A stretch of 64,000 nt of DNA from Parcubacteria bacterium C7867-004 (GTDB lineage Bacteria > Patescibacteriota > Minisyncoccia > Phycocordibacterales > Phycocordibacteraceae): contig LFCN01000006.1 in assembly GCA_001189075.1 (NCBI GenBank), positions 460,866-524,865 of the forward strand. The letters run 5' to 3'. Below, one piece after another: positions 17,823 to 28,286 of the stretch. Position 1 is the stretch's first letter. Each line of letters opens with the position of its first letter. A program made the position numbers and the translations under genes. The notes below the pieces were generated by a model that saw only the letters and a program-made list of their open reading frames with translations, was not told the DNA's origin and did not search any database.

Positions 17823-18794
17823 ATGGAATACCACATCACACTACCGTCTAAGCCTCGCGTTGTTTCAGAAGAAGGCGTTCAGGGCGTTTACGAGATAGAT
17901 TCGCTCTATCCGGGCTACGGCCACACCCTCGGCAACTCGCTCCGCCGGATCATCCACGCATCGCTTCCGGGCGCTGCGGTTACCAGCGTGAAGATCGAGG
18001 GAGCATCCCACGAGTTCGCTACCATGGAAGGCGTCCGCGAGACCGCCATGGAGGTACTCCTCAACCTTAAGCGCGTTCATTTCGCACTGCACGGCGACGA
18101 GCCGCAGACCATTTCGCTTTCCGTAAAGGGACCGATGCAGGTCAAGGCGTCAGATTTCAAGCTCCCGTCTCAGGTGGAGATCGCGAATCCAGACGCGCAC
18201 ATCGCTGACGTCGCGGGCAAGGTCGCGTTCGAACTCGAGGCAACCATCGAACGCGGTCTCGGCTACGTTCCCCGCGAACTTCTTACCAAGGAGAAGGTTG
18301 ATATCGGCACTATCGCGCTTGATGCGACCTTCACCCCTATCCGCCGCGTTAACTACGAGGTTGAGAACATGCGCGTCGGCGACCGCACGGACTTCAATCG
18401 CCTGCGCATCCTCATTGAGACTAACGGCACTATCACTCCTCGCGAGGCTCTTGAGCGTTCTATCGAAACGATGATCCACCAGCTCTCGGCCGTTATTGGC
18501 TTCCAGGAGCAGCAGGAGGAGACTCCGACGCACCCTGACGTCATCATGCCGAAGATGATGGGCGGCAAGGAGGACAAAGCGGCAGGAAAAGATCCCGCAA
18601 AGGTGAAGATCGAGGAGCTCGAGCTTCATGCTCGCATCGCTTCAGCACTTACGGACTCGGGCATCAAGTCGGTAGCTGGCCTTATCAAGAAGACCGCGAG
18701 CTCCCTCAAGGAGATCGACGGAATCGGCGACAAGGCTGTGACCGAGATCACCGACGCGCTCGATACGCTCGGTCTTGAGCTCAAGGGCGAGTAA
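17823..18794 (+). CDS. rpoA: DNA-directed RNA polymerase alpha subunit
   Basis: Alpha N-terminal domain (GYGHTLGNSLRRIIHASLPGAAVTSVKIEG) and C-terminal domain (ELELHARIASALTDSGIKSVAGLI). Confidence 0.95.
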   Translation: MEYHITLPSKPRVVSEEGVQGVYEIDSLYPGYGHTLGNSLRRIIHASLPGAAVTSVKIEGASHEFATMEGVRETAMEVLLNLKRVHFALHGDEPQTISLSVKGPMQVKASDFKLPSQVEIANPDAHIADVAGKVAFELEATIERGLGYVPRELLTKEKVDIGTIALDATFTPIRRVNYEVENMRVGDRTDFNRLRILIETNGTITPREALERSIETMIHQLSAVIGFQEQQEETPTHPDVIMPKMMGGKEDKAAGKDPAKVKIEELELHARIASALTDSGIKSVAGLIKKTASSLKEIDGIGDKAVTEITDALDTLGLELKGE

Positions 18795-18836
18795 TTCGAC
18801 CGGGATCAGAAATTGTGTTAGAACTGTAATACTCGT

Positions 18837-19190
18837 ATGCGACACCACAAAAAAGGACGAAGCTTCGGACGATCGCATGACCAGCGCACCGCGCTCATGC
18901 GCTCTTTGATGCGCTCGCTCATCATCCATGAGCGCATTTCGACGACCGAAGCGAAGGCCAAGGAGCTCCGCCCGATGATCGAGAAGCTCGTGTCGCATGC
19001 CCGTGTCGACTCAGTTGCTAACCGCCGTCTCGTGGCTGCACGCCTCGGAAACGATGACGCTGCTACCGCGAAGCTCTTCGCTGCGATCGCTCCTCGGTAC
19101 ACCGAGCGCCCGGGAGGATACACCCGCATCGTGAAGCGTTCTGCAACCGCTACCGACGGCCGCAAGACCGCCTACATCGCCTTCGTATAG
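18837..19190 (+). CDS. rplQ: ribosomal protein L17
   Basis: bL17 signature (MRHHKKGRSFGRSHDQRTALMRSL...). Confidence 0.95.
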   Translation: MRHHKKGRSFGRSHDQRTALMRSLMRSLIIHERISTTEAKAKELRPMIEKLVSHARVDSVANRRLVAARLGNDDAATAKLFAAIAPRYTERPGGYTRIVKRSATATDGRKTAYIAFV

Positions 19191-19194
19191 ACCT

Positions 19195-19587
19195 ATGACT
19201 ACCACCCCGAACATCACCGTGAAGAGCCAGAACGGAGACCGCGAGCTCTTCACCATCGACGCTGCCGGCCAGTCACTCGGCCGCGTAGCTTCCGAGGCCG
19301 CGAACGCGCTCCTCGGCAAGAAGTCGGTGCACTTCATCAAGAACGAAGTGCTTCCCGTAGAAGTGCTCATCACGAACGCTTCGAAGCTCGTCATGACCGA
19401 CAAGCGCATCGCGGGCAAGGACTACACGCACTACACCGGCTACCCAGGAGGCCTCCGCATTACGCCGCTTGCACGCCTGCTCGCGAATAAGGGTGCTGCC
19501 GCTCCGATCCGCAAGGCTGTGGACGGCATGATCCCGCGCAACAAGCTGCGCAAGGAGCGCATGAAGCGCCTCACCATCACCGATTAA
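19195..19587 (+). CDS. rplM: ribosomal protein L13
   Basis: uL13 conserved core (ASEAANALLGKK..., YTHYTGYPGGLR). Confidence 0.95.
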   Translation: MTTTPNITVKSQNGDRELFTIDAAGQSLGRVASEAANALLGKKSVHFIKNEVLPVEVLITNASKLVMTDKRIAGKDYTHYTGYPGGLRITPLARLLANKGAAAPIRKAVDGMIPRNKLRKERMKRLTITD

Positions 19588-19606
19588 CCGAACCGAACTT
19601 TTTACT

Positions 19607-20011
19607 ATGCCTGAACAGAAGCAGACCTACGTCACCGCAGTCGGCCGTCGCAAGACCGCCAGCGCGCGCGTGAAGCTCACTCCAGCCAAGGAGAACTCGG
19701 TTACGGTGAACGGCCAGTCCGCTCGCGAGTACTTTAAGACTTCCGAGCGCGAGTCCATCACGGGCGATGCCTTCAAGGCCGGCGAGTGGAAGAACAACTA
19801 CGAGGTACAGGCTCGCGTGAAGGGAGGAGGCGTCGCTGCTCAGGCGGTAGCCGTCCGTCACGCTATCTCCCGCGCTATCACGCAAATGGAAGAGGGAAGC
19901 CGCCCAGCGCTTAAGGCTGCCGGATTTCTCAAGCGCGATCCCCGTGCCGTTGAACGCAAGAAGCCAGGTCTTCGCAAGGCTCGCAAGAGCCCGCAGTGGT
20001 CGAAGCGTTAA
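19607..20011 (+). CDS. rpsI: ribosomal protein S9
   Basis: uS9 C-terminal signature (GGGVAAQAVAVRHAISRAI...KKPGLRKARKSPQWSKR). Confidence 0.95.
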   Translation: MPEQKQTYVTAVGRRKTASARVKLTPAKENSVTVNGQSAREYFKTSERESITGDAFKAGEWKNNYEVQARVKGGGVAAQAVAVRHAISRAITQMEEGSRPALKAAGFLKRDPRAVERKKPGLRKARKSPQWSKR

Positions 20012-20030
20012 TCGCTTTCTCATTCAAGAA

Positions 20031-20060
20031 AACAGCCTCCTTCGGGAGGCTGTTTTCGTA
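20031..20060 (+). terminator. Rho-independent terminator after rpsI (acagcctcc ttcg ggaggctgt then TTTTCGTAT)
   Basis: Perfect 9-bp stem, tetraloop, T-rich tail. Confidence 0.7.
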
Positions 20061-20101
20061 TAGGTAAGAGCACCCGGCTCCCATCGTCTATACTTATATC
20101 C

Positions 20102-20689
20102 ATGAATAAACTCCTTTTTGTTGCACTCCTCGGCGTAGCATTCCTTCCCGTACCCGCCAATGCGCTCACGAAGGCGTATTGCACCCAGCAATACGAGCCG
20201 GTCTGTGGCGCACAGCCCGTCCAGTGCATTACCGCGCCCTGCTACCCGCAATATCACACGTATGGAAACAGCTGCACCTTATCCAGCGAAGGCGGAACCT
20301 TCATTCACGCGGGCGAATGCACCGCGAGCGAGACAGGTCCAGTGAAGACCGACAAGCCGTACATACCTCCTGCCAATTGCACCGCGTGGTTCGACGGCTG
20401 TAATAGCTGCAGCACGGGACCGAAGGGTCAGTCCATGTGTACGCTTCGCGCATGTATGGATACGCCGACACAGGGATACTGCACCGCATACGGAAAGCCT
20501 GCAGTTGATTCCACTCTCCCCGTCCTTCAGGGACCTGATCTGAACGTAACGACGTCGGGTTCTGTATCCGCTACCCCGGCTGATGTACACGCAACCGCTA
20601 CCGTAACTGCCGAAGGCAATGCCACTACGTCTCAGAAAGGCTTCTTCAGCGTTATCTGGGACACCATCCTCAGCTGGTTCAATTGGTAG
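20102..20689 (+). CDS. secreted Cys-rich protein with Kazal-type serine-protease-inhibitor-like domain
   Basis: Signal peptide (MNKLLFVALLGVAFLPVPANA); Kazal spacing CxxxYEPVCGxxPVxCxTxPCYPxYHTYGNSCTLxxxGxxxxHAGEC; further Cys-rich region and Thr/Ser-rich C-terminus. Confidence 0.6.
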   Translation: MNKLLFVALLGVAFLPVPANALTKAYCTQQYEPVCGAQPVQCITAPCYPQYHTYGNSCTLSSEGGTFIHAGECTASETGPVKTDKPYIPPANCTAWFDGCNSCSTGPKGQSMCTLRACMDTPTQGYCTAYGKPAVDSTLPVLQGPDLNVTTSGSVSATPADVHATATVTAEGNATTSQKGFFSVIWDTILSWFNW

Positions 20690-20740
20690 ATCATCTATTC
20701 GTTTTGACTCGCTTCGAGATTTCGGGCATATTCTCTGTAT

Positions 20741-21295
20741 ATGGATGAGAACGAAGACATCAGCATCGAAGAAGACGGACTCGAAGAAAAGGCGATGAGC
20801 GAAGAGGAGCTCGACTCTGCGGAATCACGCGTGGGCGCCAAAGCGGACAAGCTCAAAAACGAACTCGCGACCGTCAAGCGCGAGCGCCAGGAATACATGG
20901 ACGGCTGGCAACGCGCAAAAGCCGACTATGTGAACTCGCTCAAGCGCTTCGAGGAAGACAAGGCGCGCGCAAAGGAACAGGGACTCGTCAAAGCGCTCAG
21001 CGCACTCCTTCCGGCATACGACACGCTCGAACGCGCCAGGGCGCATGGAGAAATCCCGGAAAGCTTTGAGGGTATCGCCAAGCAATTCGAGACTGCATTT
21101 ACTTCGCTTGGTATTACGCAGATAGGCGAGGCAGGAGAGTCATTCGATCCCGTACGCCATGAGGCGCTCGGTACAGACCCTACTGATGACCAGAAGAAAG
21201 ACGATACCGTGAGTAGCATCCTCGAGAAAGGATATGCCGTCGGCGAATCGGTCCTCCGTCCCGCTCGCGTCCGCGTCTTCCAGTTCGAAGTATAA
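20741..21295 (+). CDS. grpE: nucleotide exchange factor GrpE
   Basis: Acidic N-terminus, coiled-coil, GrpE C-terminal motifs (FDPVRHEAL, RPARVRV). Confidence 0.9.
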   Translation: MDENEDISIEEDGLEEKAMSEEELDSAESRVGAKADKLKNELATVKRERQEYMDGWQRAKADYVNSLKRFEEDKARAKEQGLVKALSALLPAYDTLERARAHGEIPESFEGIAKQFETAFTSLGITQIGEAGESFDPVRHEALGTDPTDDQKKDDTVSSILEKGYAVGESVLRPARVRVFQFEV

Positions 21296-21338
21296 ATAAG
21301 TGCCGCCCCGGTCGAAGATGACCGAGGCGGTTGCGCGA

Positions 21339-21785
21339 CTATGGTGCAGTTTGCGAGCGCTGCTCGAGTTTGGCGAGTTCAGGCCAGCTCGATTGACTCA
21401 GTTCAGATGTTGCCGGGAGAGCCCGATACCCATGTTCGAATGCTATCTCCGCAGCCTCGACCTCTCGAAACGCCAGGAGGTATTCTCCACGCATGCGAGA
21501 CCTGAATTCCTCCAGCTCGGTCGAGTAGTGGTCGAGTTCTTTGAGTCGTTCGCTCGCTTTGGTGAGACCCATTCGCAGGGAAGATCGCGCGAGCGTGAAG
21601 CCCTCATCCTCACTGCCGAAGCCGGTGTACTTGAAGGGAAGGATACCTTCCTCATTCATAGTTCCAACGGCCAGGGTGCCGCTGGGTACATACATGTCAT
21701 GCCGGCGGGCAGTGAGCCAGATGAGCCTCCTCTCTACCTTTTCCAGGTCTTGAACTTTGAAACTCTTTATGTAGACAACGTGCAT
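21339..21785 (-). CDS. hypothetical protein (148 aa)
   Basis: Preferred over the overlapping + strand ORF 21300..21821 on composition; no family recognised. Confidence 0.3.
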   Translation of the reverse strand: MHVVYIKSFKVQDLEKVERRLIWLTARRHDMYVPSGTLAVGTMNEEGILPFKYTGFGSEDEGFTLARSSLRMGLTKASERLKELDHYSTELEEFRSRMRGEYLLAFREVEAAEIAFEHGYRALPATSELSQSSWPELAKLEQRSQTAP

Positions 21786-22049
21786 ATGTGTTCATCGTCG
21801 CTTACGCCGTTTTGTTTTTAGGCCTCACGAACGATGTCCTCTTGCCTAACCCTGATTCGCCAGTGGGTTGGCATATGGTGCTCTGGCAAGCATTCCTATA
21901 CCATTATTGCATAAATAATGGTATATGTCAATTGCACTAGTAATTAGGAGAGGTCCGACATCTTCTAAGGTCTTGAACGTGGAATTAAGAAGCGTACAAT
22001 GAACCTATCTGGGCGTAATTTAATAAGGTAACTAATTCGGCATTTCACT

Positions 22050-23954
22050 ATGGCAAAGATACTTGGTATCGATCTAGGAACGACGAACTCCGCTATGGCT
22101 ATCATGGAGGGAGGCGAGCCACGCGTTCTTGAGAATGCAGAGGGTCAGAGGACCACGCCGTCAGTAGTGGCGATCGCAAAGAACGGCGAGCGCCTCGTCG
22201 GCACGCTCGCAAAGCGTCAGGCGGTCACGAACCCGAAGAACACCATTTACGGCATCAAGCGGTTCATGGGTCACCGTTTCGGCGACGACGTCGTGCAGAA
22301 GGACAAGGACATTGTCCCGTATGTCATCAAGGCAGGTCCTGACGGCGGTGTGCAGGTAACGCTCGGCGACAAGGACTATCGTCCTGAGGAAGTCTCCGCA
22401 ATGATCCTCTCGAAGCTCAAGGCTGATGCGGAATCAAAGCTCGGCGAGAAGATAACGCAGGCGGTCATCACTGTACCGGCATACTTCGACGATGCGCAGC
22501 GCGCAGCCACCAAGGCAGCCGGCCAAGTAGCAGGTCTTGAAGTGCTCCGCATTATCAACGAGCCTACCGCAGCTGCGCTCGCGTACGGTTTCAACAAGAA
22601 GAAGGAAGAGAAGATCGTGGTCTACGACTTCGGAGGAGGAACCTTCGATATCTCCGTGCTTGAAGTAGGTGATGACGTCATCGAAGTGAAATCCACCGAC
22701 GGCGACAGCCACATGGGCGGCCGCGATATCGATCAGAAGATCGTCCGGTACCTCGCCGACGAATTCAAGAAGCAGTCAGGCATCGACGTCACTAAGGATC
22801 CACTCGCGCTCCAGCGCCTTGATGAGGGAGCAGAGAAGGCAAAGCACGAGCTATCGTCTGCAGCTGAGACCGAGGTTAACATTCCGTTCATCACGGTTGA
22901 CGGCGACGGCAATCCGCAGCATCTGCTCGTGAAGCTCACGCGCGCGAATCTCGAATCACTCGCAGACGAGTTCGTCTCCCGTTCGATGGATATTGCGAAG
23001 CGCGCACTCGAGGCGGCCGGCATGAAGCCCTCCGATATCAACGAGGTGATCCTCGTCGGTGGACAGACCCGTATGCCGAAGATCCAAGAGGAGGTGAAGA
23101 AGATGTTCGGCAAGGATCCGCACATGGGCGTGAACCCTGACGAAGTGGTCGCTATCGGCGCCGCTATCCAGGCAGGCATCCTTCAGGGCGACGTGAAGGA
23201 TATCCTTCTTGTCGACGTCATCCCGCTCTCGCTCTCCATCGAGACCATGGGAGGCGTCGCTACCAAGCTCATCGAGCGCAACACCGCTATTCCGACATCT
23301 CGCAGTCAGACCTTCTCGACCGCAAGCGACAACCAGACGAGTGTTGAGATCAGCGTCACACAAGGGGAACGAGCGATGGCCGCCGACAACAAATCGCTCG
23401 GCCGCTTCATGCTCGACGGCATCCCGCCGGCTCCGCGCGGCCTTCCGCAGGTCGAGGTTACATTCGACGTCGACGCATCCGGCATCCTTACCGTGAAAGC
23501 GAAAGAGAAGACTACCGGCAAGGAGCAGTCGATTCGCATCGAAGGATCTACCGGACTCTCCGAAGCTGATATCGAGAAGATGAAGCAGGATGCTGAGGCT
23601 CATGCAGCAGAAGACGAGAAGCGTAAGACGCTTGTCGAGACTAAGAACCTTGCCGAGCAGCTCGTGTACTCCGCAGAGAAGGCCGTGAAGGATGCGGGCG
23701 ATAAGGCACCCGCCGATGTCATCACGGAAGTGAACGAGAAGATCGCTCTGGTTAAGAGCGCTCGCGAAGGCGAAGATGTCGAGGCAATCAAGTCTTCTCT
23801 CGAAGCGCTCTCCACTTCACTCTCGAAGATCGGAGAAGCGATGGCGAAAGCAACGAGCGAGCAGGCTCCAGAGGGGGCTACGACAGAAGCTGCGCCTGAG
23901 GCAGGTGCTACTGACGCTGAGTTCAGCGAGAAGCCAGAGGAGCCTAAGGCATAG
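22050..23954 (+). CDS. dnaK: molecular chaperone DnaK (Hsp70)
   Basis: Hsp70 signatures ([41 protein letters not shown]); 634 aa. Confidence 0.97.
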   Translation: MAKILGIDLGTTNSAMAIMEGGEPRVLENAEGQRTTPSVVAIAKNGERLVGTLAKRQAVTNPKNTIYGIKRFMGHRFGDDVVQKDKDIVPYVIKAGPDGGVQVTLGDKDYRPEEVSAMILSKLKADAESKLGEKITQAVITVPAYFDDAQRAATKAAGQVAGLEVLRIINEPTAAALAYGFNKKKEEKIVVYDFGGGTFDISVLEVGDDVIEVKSTDGDSHMGGRDIDQKIVRYLADEFKKQSGIDVTKDPLALQRLDEGAEKAKHELSSAAETEVNIPFITVDGDGNPQHLLVKLTRANLESLADEFVSRSMDIAKRALEAAGMKPSDINEVILVGGQTRMPKIQEEVKKMFGKDPHMGVNPDEVVAIGAAIQAGILQGDVKDILLVDVIPLSLSIETMGGVATKLIERNTAIPTSRSQTFSTASDNQTSVEISVTQGERAMAADNKSLGRFMLDGIPPAPRGLPQVEVTFDVDASGILTVKAKEKTTGKEQSIRIEGSTGLSEADIEKMKQDAEAHAAEDEKRKTLVETKNLAEQLVYSAEKAVKDAGDKAPADVITEVNEKIALVKSAREGEDVEAIKSSLEALSTSLSKIGEAMAKATSEQAPEGATTEAAPEAGATDAEFSEKPEEPKA

Positions 23955-24078
23955 AAACAAACTAGCCAGTACAAGAGCCGCAACCTCTGGCTGCGGCTCT
24001 TGACTTTTATTATATTATGGTATATACTATATTTAACGTCAATTGGTGCCTTCGGGCAATGCAACACGGAGTTCTTCG

Positions 24079-24624
24079 ATGCGAAACATCCTTATGGCCG
24101 TGTTCGCGGCTCTCGCGTTTGCTAGCACCGCCAAAGCGCAAGACCTTGGCACCTGCAAGCAGGCCTATCTGGCCGGCAAGCAGGTTCTCGAGTGCAGCGG
24201 CGGCAAGTTCTACGAGTCGCTCACGCGCCTGGACAGGACCATCCTGAGCGAAGTCGAGATCGCTTCGTACCAACGGGCCGATGAACTTCGTGCCCAGGGA
24301 CAACGCGAAGAGGACGAACGTCGCCGGCAACAGCAGTGGGAAGAGGAGCAGCGCCAGGCTCGCCAAGCGTACCGTGACGGGATCAGCTCAGCTTATCCCT
24401 ACGCACGCGCCGGCAATCACGGCCGGGACTACCTCGACTGCACCGTGATCGGTAACCGTCTCGTCCCCGCTTGTGACTACATGCGAGTCCGCCAGAAGCA
24501 AGAGCAGGGTAGCGGTCAATCCCTCGAGCGCCTATGCAACAGCGGGCCGAATGCCGGATACTATTCCGCCGGCATCACCTGCGACCGCTGGCGCCGCGGT
24601 GTCTACGGCACCTTGATTCCGTAG
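24079..24624 (+). CDS. secreted Cys-rich hypothetical protein
   Basis: Signal peptide (MRNILMAVFAALAFASTAKA), 8 Cys, Glu/Arg/Gln-rich central segment. Start set at the second ATG of the track ORF (24043), just before the signal peptide. AT-rich promoter TTGACT...TGgTATATACT upstream and a terminator downstream. Confidence 0.5.
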   Translation: MRNILMAVFAALAFASTAKAQDLGTCKQAYLAGKQVLECSGGKFYESLTRLDRTILSEVEIASYQRADELRAQGQREEDERRRQQQWEEEQRQARQAYRDGISSAYPYARAGNHGRDYLDCTVIGNRLVPACDYMRVRQKQEQGSGQSLERLCNSGPNAGYYSAGITCDRWRRGVYGTLIP

Positions 24625-24653
24625 GAACAAGCGAAGATCTACGGGTCTTCAAG

Positions 24654-24692
24654 AACGAGCGTCTTCCCCCGGGAGACGCTCGTTTTGTTTTT
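24654..24692 (+). terminator. Rho-independent terminator (aacgagcgtct tcccccggg agacgctcgtt then TTGTTTTT)
   Basis: 11-bp perfect stem plus T-run between the secreted-protein gene and dnaJ. Confidence 0.6.
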
Positions 24693-24699
24693 ATACTCC

Positions 24700-24728
24700 C
24701 GTTTTTGCCTCCGGAAACTCGAACGCGT
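24700..24728 (+). promoter_or_regulatory. sigma-70-like promoter TTGCCT-17nt-TATAGT upstream of dnaJ
   Basis: Read directly; -10 ends ~13 nt before the dnaJ ATG. Confidence 0.45.
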
Positions 24729-24741
24729 ATAGTACAAGGAT

Positions 24742-25821
24742 ATGGCGAAGAATTATTACGAAACGCTCGGTATCGATAAGAAGGCGACGAACGACGACGT
24801 GAAGAAAGCGTTCCGCAAGCTTGCGCAGAAACATCATCCCGACAAGGGCGGTGACGAAGCGAAGTTCAAGGAGATAACCGAAGCATATTCCATCCTCTCG
24901 GACGAGAAGAAGCGCCGCGAGTACGACTCGTACGGCCAGACCTTCCAGGGAGGAGGCGCTCCAGGAGGCGGGTTCGGAGGATTCGATCCGAGCCAGTTCA
25001 GTGGCTTCGGACAGGGCGGCGTGGAGTTTGATTTCTCCGATCTCTTCGGCGGATTCAGCGACATCTTTGGAGGACAGCAGGGAGGCCGCGGCCGCATAAA
25101 GCGCGGTAGAGATATTTCTATAGACATTGAGGTGACCTTCAAGGAATCCATCCTCGGCGGGAAGCGTTCCGTCTTGCTTACCAAAGTTGGGAAGTGTGAC
25201 ACCTGTAGCGGTACTGGTGCCGCGCCCGGCACCAGTACGGACACCTGCACGACCTGTAACGGCGCGGGCCGCATCCATGAGACCCGCAACTCACCACTCG
25301 GTGCATTCACGAGCGTGCGCGGCTGCCCTACCTGCGAAGGCGAAGGAAAAGTTCCGAAGGAGAAGTGCAAGACCTGCAGCGGTCACGGCATCCTGAAGAA
25401 GGAGGAGGAGCTCAACATTCAGATACCGGCTGGTATGGATGGTGGCGAGATGATCCGCATGCCGGGCAACGGAGAAGCGGTGAAGGGCGGGGTTCCCGGC
25501 GACCTGTACGTGAAAGTGCATGTGAAGCCGCACGCCGTATTCAAGAAGGAGGGCATGAACCTCGTCATGAACATGCCCGTTAAGCTGACCGATGCGCTCA
25601 TCGGCACTACCGCCACAATCATGACCGTCGACGAAAAAAAGCTCGAAGTGAAGATTCCTGCAATGACCGAAGCACAGCAGACGCTCCGCCTGCGCGGCAA
25701 GGGAGTTACCATCGACGGGAATTCCGGCGACCTCCTCATCCGTCTCACCGCGACCCTACCAAAGAAACTGTCAGGTAAAGCGAAGAAAGCTATCGAAGAT
25801 CTGAAAGCAGAGGGATTATAG
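24742..25821 (+). CDS. dnaJ: molecular chaperone DnaJ
   Basis: J domain with HPD ([14 protein letters not shown]), G/F-rich linker, four CxxCxGxG zinc-finger repeats, C-terminal domain. Confidence 0.95.
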   Translation: MAKNYYETLGIDKKATNDDVKKAFRKLAQKHHPDKGGDEAKFKEITEAYSILSDEKKRREYDSYGQTFQGGGAPGGGFGGFDPSQFSGFGQGGVEFDFSDLFGGFSDIFGGQQGGRGRIKRGRDISIDIEVTFKESILGGKRSVLLTKVGKCDTCSGTGAAPGTSTDTCTTCNGAGRIHETRNSPLGAFTSVRGCPTCEGEGKVPKEKCKTCSGHGILKKEEELNIQIPAGMDGGEMIRMPGNGEAVKGGVPGDLYVKVHVKPHAVFKKEGMNLVMNMPVKLTDALIGTTATIMTVDEKKLEVKIPAMTEAQQTLRLRGKGVTIDGNSGDLLIRLTATLPKKLSGKAKKAIEDLKAEGL

Positions 25822-25881
25822 AGGTGGCTCTTTGGGGATGCTCGACATATCACGGGTCGCGACGAGCTATACTAGTTCGTA

Positions 25882-26385
25882 ATGGACTTTATAAATACGT
25901 ACGCGACCGGAGGACTCGGCGACATCATAAGCTTCGCGAGCAACTTTCTCGTGCTCATCGTCCTCACCGTCGTGCTCTTTCTCTTCGCGATGCGTGCCGG
26001 TCGCGCCGTGTTCACGTCGCTCGTGATCGCGCTCTATGCGGGATACGGCCTCTACACCGTCTTCCCGTATAAGGAGATGTTAGCCGGTAGCGGGGGAACA
26101 GTAGCGACCGCCTCGAACCTCGTACTGTTCCTCGGTCTCTCGTTCGTTCCGTATCTCCTGCTCCGCAAGATCGCTACCTCGGGCTTGATGCGCATCAATC
26201 CGCTCATCATGATCATCCTGTCGGTTGCGACCGCGGGATTCATTCTCGTCCTCGGGTATCAGTCATTCGACCTAGGCTCACTCCTGCCCCTGACCCCGAT
26301 GCTCGAATCAATTCTCATGCCGGAGCAGTACTTCTTCTGGTGGCTCGTAGCACCCCTTGCCGGACTCTTCATCGCCGCCCGCTAG
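25882..26385 (+). CDS. integral membrane protein (4-5 TM), hypothetical
   Basis: Hydrophobic 167-aa ORF; -10 element GCTATACT 9 nt upstream. Confidence 0.45.
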   Translation: MDFINTYATGGLGDIISFASNFLVLIVLTVVLFLFAMRAGRAVFTSLVIALYAGYGLYTVFPYKEMLAGSGGTVATASNLVLFLGLSFVPYLLLRKIATSGLMRINPLIMIILSVATAGFILVLGYQSFDLGSLLPLTPMLESILMPEQYFFWWLVAPLAGLFIAAR

Positions 26386-26432
26386 AGCCTACTTTCGTCC
26401 GAACATTCTTTTTAGTAAACGTCAATGAGGCG

Positions 26433-26441
26433 TGGTATACT
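26433..26441 (+). promoter_or_regulatory. extended -10 TGgTATACT 9 nt upstream of the ABC transporter ATG
   Basis: Read directly; the track's GTG start at 26432 lies inside this element, so the ATG at 26450 is preferred. Confidence 0.4.
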
Positions 26442-26449
26442 GTCCCTTT

Positions 26450-28243
26450 ATGCTGCCTGAAGAAAAGAAAAATACCGAGGCGTGGCCGGTCATACAGGAT
26501 TTCGCGAAGGCGACGGCTAAGTATCCGTGGCTGTTCTTCGGCGTAGTCATCGGGATCCTCAGCGCCACTGCCACTAACCTTGCCGCGCCGCTTTTCTTAA
26601 AGCATTTCATCGATCTGCTGACTACCGCGGGAATAGACGGAACGCTTCGCGGAGCCATGCTTGCGACGCTTGGCGGCTATGCCGTGATTACATTCCTAAA
26701 CTGGGCTGCCTATCGGATTCAGATGATGAGCGTGATACGGCTCGAGGCGCGCGTAGAGCAGGATCTGTTGAATCGTGCATTCGGATACCTAATCGGGCAT
26801 GGGCATGATTTCTTCATCGATAACTTTACGGGATCACTCACGCGTCGCGTCGGCCGTTACGCACACTCCTATCAGCAGATCTTCAACAGCCTGATCGAGG
26901 GAATGATGCCGACCTTGCTGTTCGCGGTCGGCGTAATTGTTGTGCTCTTCCTTCAGAACTGGTGGATTGGGCTCGGGCTCCTCATCTGGACTATCTTCTT
27001 TCTCATCCTCCAGTACGTGATGACGAAGTGGCGCTACCAGTTCAAACTAGAGCGTTCGGCGGCGGATAGTCGCCTTACTGGCGCACTGTCTGATGTCATC
27101 GGCAATCATTCAACCGTCGCGTACTTCGCTACGCAGAACGCTGAGCGACGATTGATCTCCGGAGTCATCGGAGACTGGTACAGAGCTACGATGAAATCAT
27201 GGAATTCCGATGTCGTGAATTACGGCGTGCAGGGATTCTTGACGCGCGCTGCCCAGATCGGACTCCTGTTCGGCAGCTTTTTCCTCTGGTCGGAAGGGCT
27301 ACTGAGTCTGGGTACCCTGGTGTTGATCCAGATCTACATACTCTCGCTCATGGACCAAATCATGAATATAGGAAGCAACATGCGCCAGCTCTATGATGCA
27401 TTCGCTGAAGGTAACGAGATGATAGGCATACTTGCGCAGCCGCATTCGATACGGGATGCCGATTCTGCGAGCACGCTTACGGTTGCTGAAGGCGCTATTA
27501 CGCTCGATTCGGTTGATTTTTCGTTTGATGATCTTCGGCCCATCCTTTCCGGATTCAACCTTACCGTCGCGAGCGGCGAGAAAGTAGCGCTTGTCGGCCC
27601 GTCGGGAGCAGGCAAGTCCACCATAACGAAGCTCTTGCTCCGCCTGTATGACGTAACCGGTGGCTCGGTACAAATCGATGGGACGGATATCCGCACCGTG
27701 ACCCAAGAGAGTCTTCGTCGCGCGATTTCATTCGTACCGCAGGAATCCGTCCTGTTCCACCGATCGCTTCGGGAGAACATCACATACGGAAAGGAAGGCG
27801 CGACGGAAGAAGAAATCGTAGCGGCAGCTAAGAAAGCGCATTGCCATGACTTCATCGCCTCACTTCCGAACGGTTATGACACACTCGTCGGCGAGCGCGG
27901 GATTAAGCTCTCGGGCGGCGAGCGCCAGCGCGTCGCGATCGCTCGCGCCATCCTCAAGGATGCGCCGATACTCGTGCTCGACGAAGCGACGTCATCGCTT
28001 GATTCCGAATCCGAGGCACTCATCCAGGACGCGCTTAAGGTGCTCATGGAAGGAAAGACCGTTATTGTCATCGCGCACCGCCTCTCAACAATCATGAAGA
28101 TGGACCGCATCATCGTCATCGAGGACGGACAGATAGCGGCGGAAGGCACCCACGAGGAGCTTCTGAATCATGAGGGAGGCCTCTACCATAAGCTCTGGAG
28201 CATACAGGCGGGCAGCTTTCTAACCGATACCCGCCCTGCATAG
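26450..28243 (+). CDS. ABC transporter, fused permease/ATP-binding protein (type I exporter, MsbA/ABCB-like)
   Basis: Six-TM N-terminal domain followed by an NBD with Walker A (GPSGAGKST), ABC signature (LSGGERQRVAIARA), Walker B (ILVLDEATSSLD) and H-loop. Confidence 0.85.
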   Translation: MLPEEKKNTEAWPVIQDFAKATAKYPWLFFGVVIGILSATATNLAAPLFLKHFIDLLTTAGIDGTLRGAMLATLGGYAVITFLNWAAYRIQMMSVIRLEARVEQDLLNRAFGYLIGHGHDFFIDNFTGSLTRRVGRYAHSYQQIFNSLIEGMMPTLLFAVGVIVVLFLQNWWIGLGLLIWTIFFLILQYVMTKWRYQFKLERSAADSRLTGALSDVIGNHSTVAYFATQNAERRLISGVIGDWYRATMKSWNSDVVNYGVQGFLTRAAQIGLLFGSFFLWSEGLLSLGTLVLIQIYILSLMDQIMNIGSNMRQLYDAFAEGNEMIGILAQPHSIRDADSASTLTVAEGAITLDSVDFSFDDLRPILSGFNLTVASGEKVALVGPSGAGKSTITKLLLRLYDVTGGSVQIDGTDIRTVTQESLRRAISFVPQESVLFHRSLRENITYGKEGATEEEIVAAAKKAHCHDFIASLPNGYDTLVGERGIKLSGGERQRVAIARAILKDAPILVLDEATSSLDSESEALIQDALKVLMEGKTVIVIAHRLSTIMKMDRIIVIEDGQIAAEGTHEELLNHEGGLYHKLWSIQAGSFLTDTRPA

Positions 28244-28286
28244 AACTGGCTTCATGCGTCGGATGCCCGCGTGCTAGGATTGCGCA

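Noticed and set aside
21300-21821. + strand 173-aa ORF between grpE and dnaK
   Set aside because: Less protein-like composition (Cys/Arg/Pro-rich, e.g. RCCRESPIPMFECYLRS) than the overlapping minus-strand ORF 21339..21785. Neither has a family hit, and the choice remains uncertain.
21786-22049. CIRCE/HrcA operator upstream of dnaK
   Set aside because: The AT-rich spacer contains TTGCACTAGTAATTAGGAG, but the downstream GAGTGCTAA half is absent, so it is not a CIRCE element.
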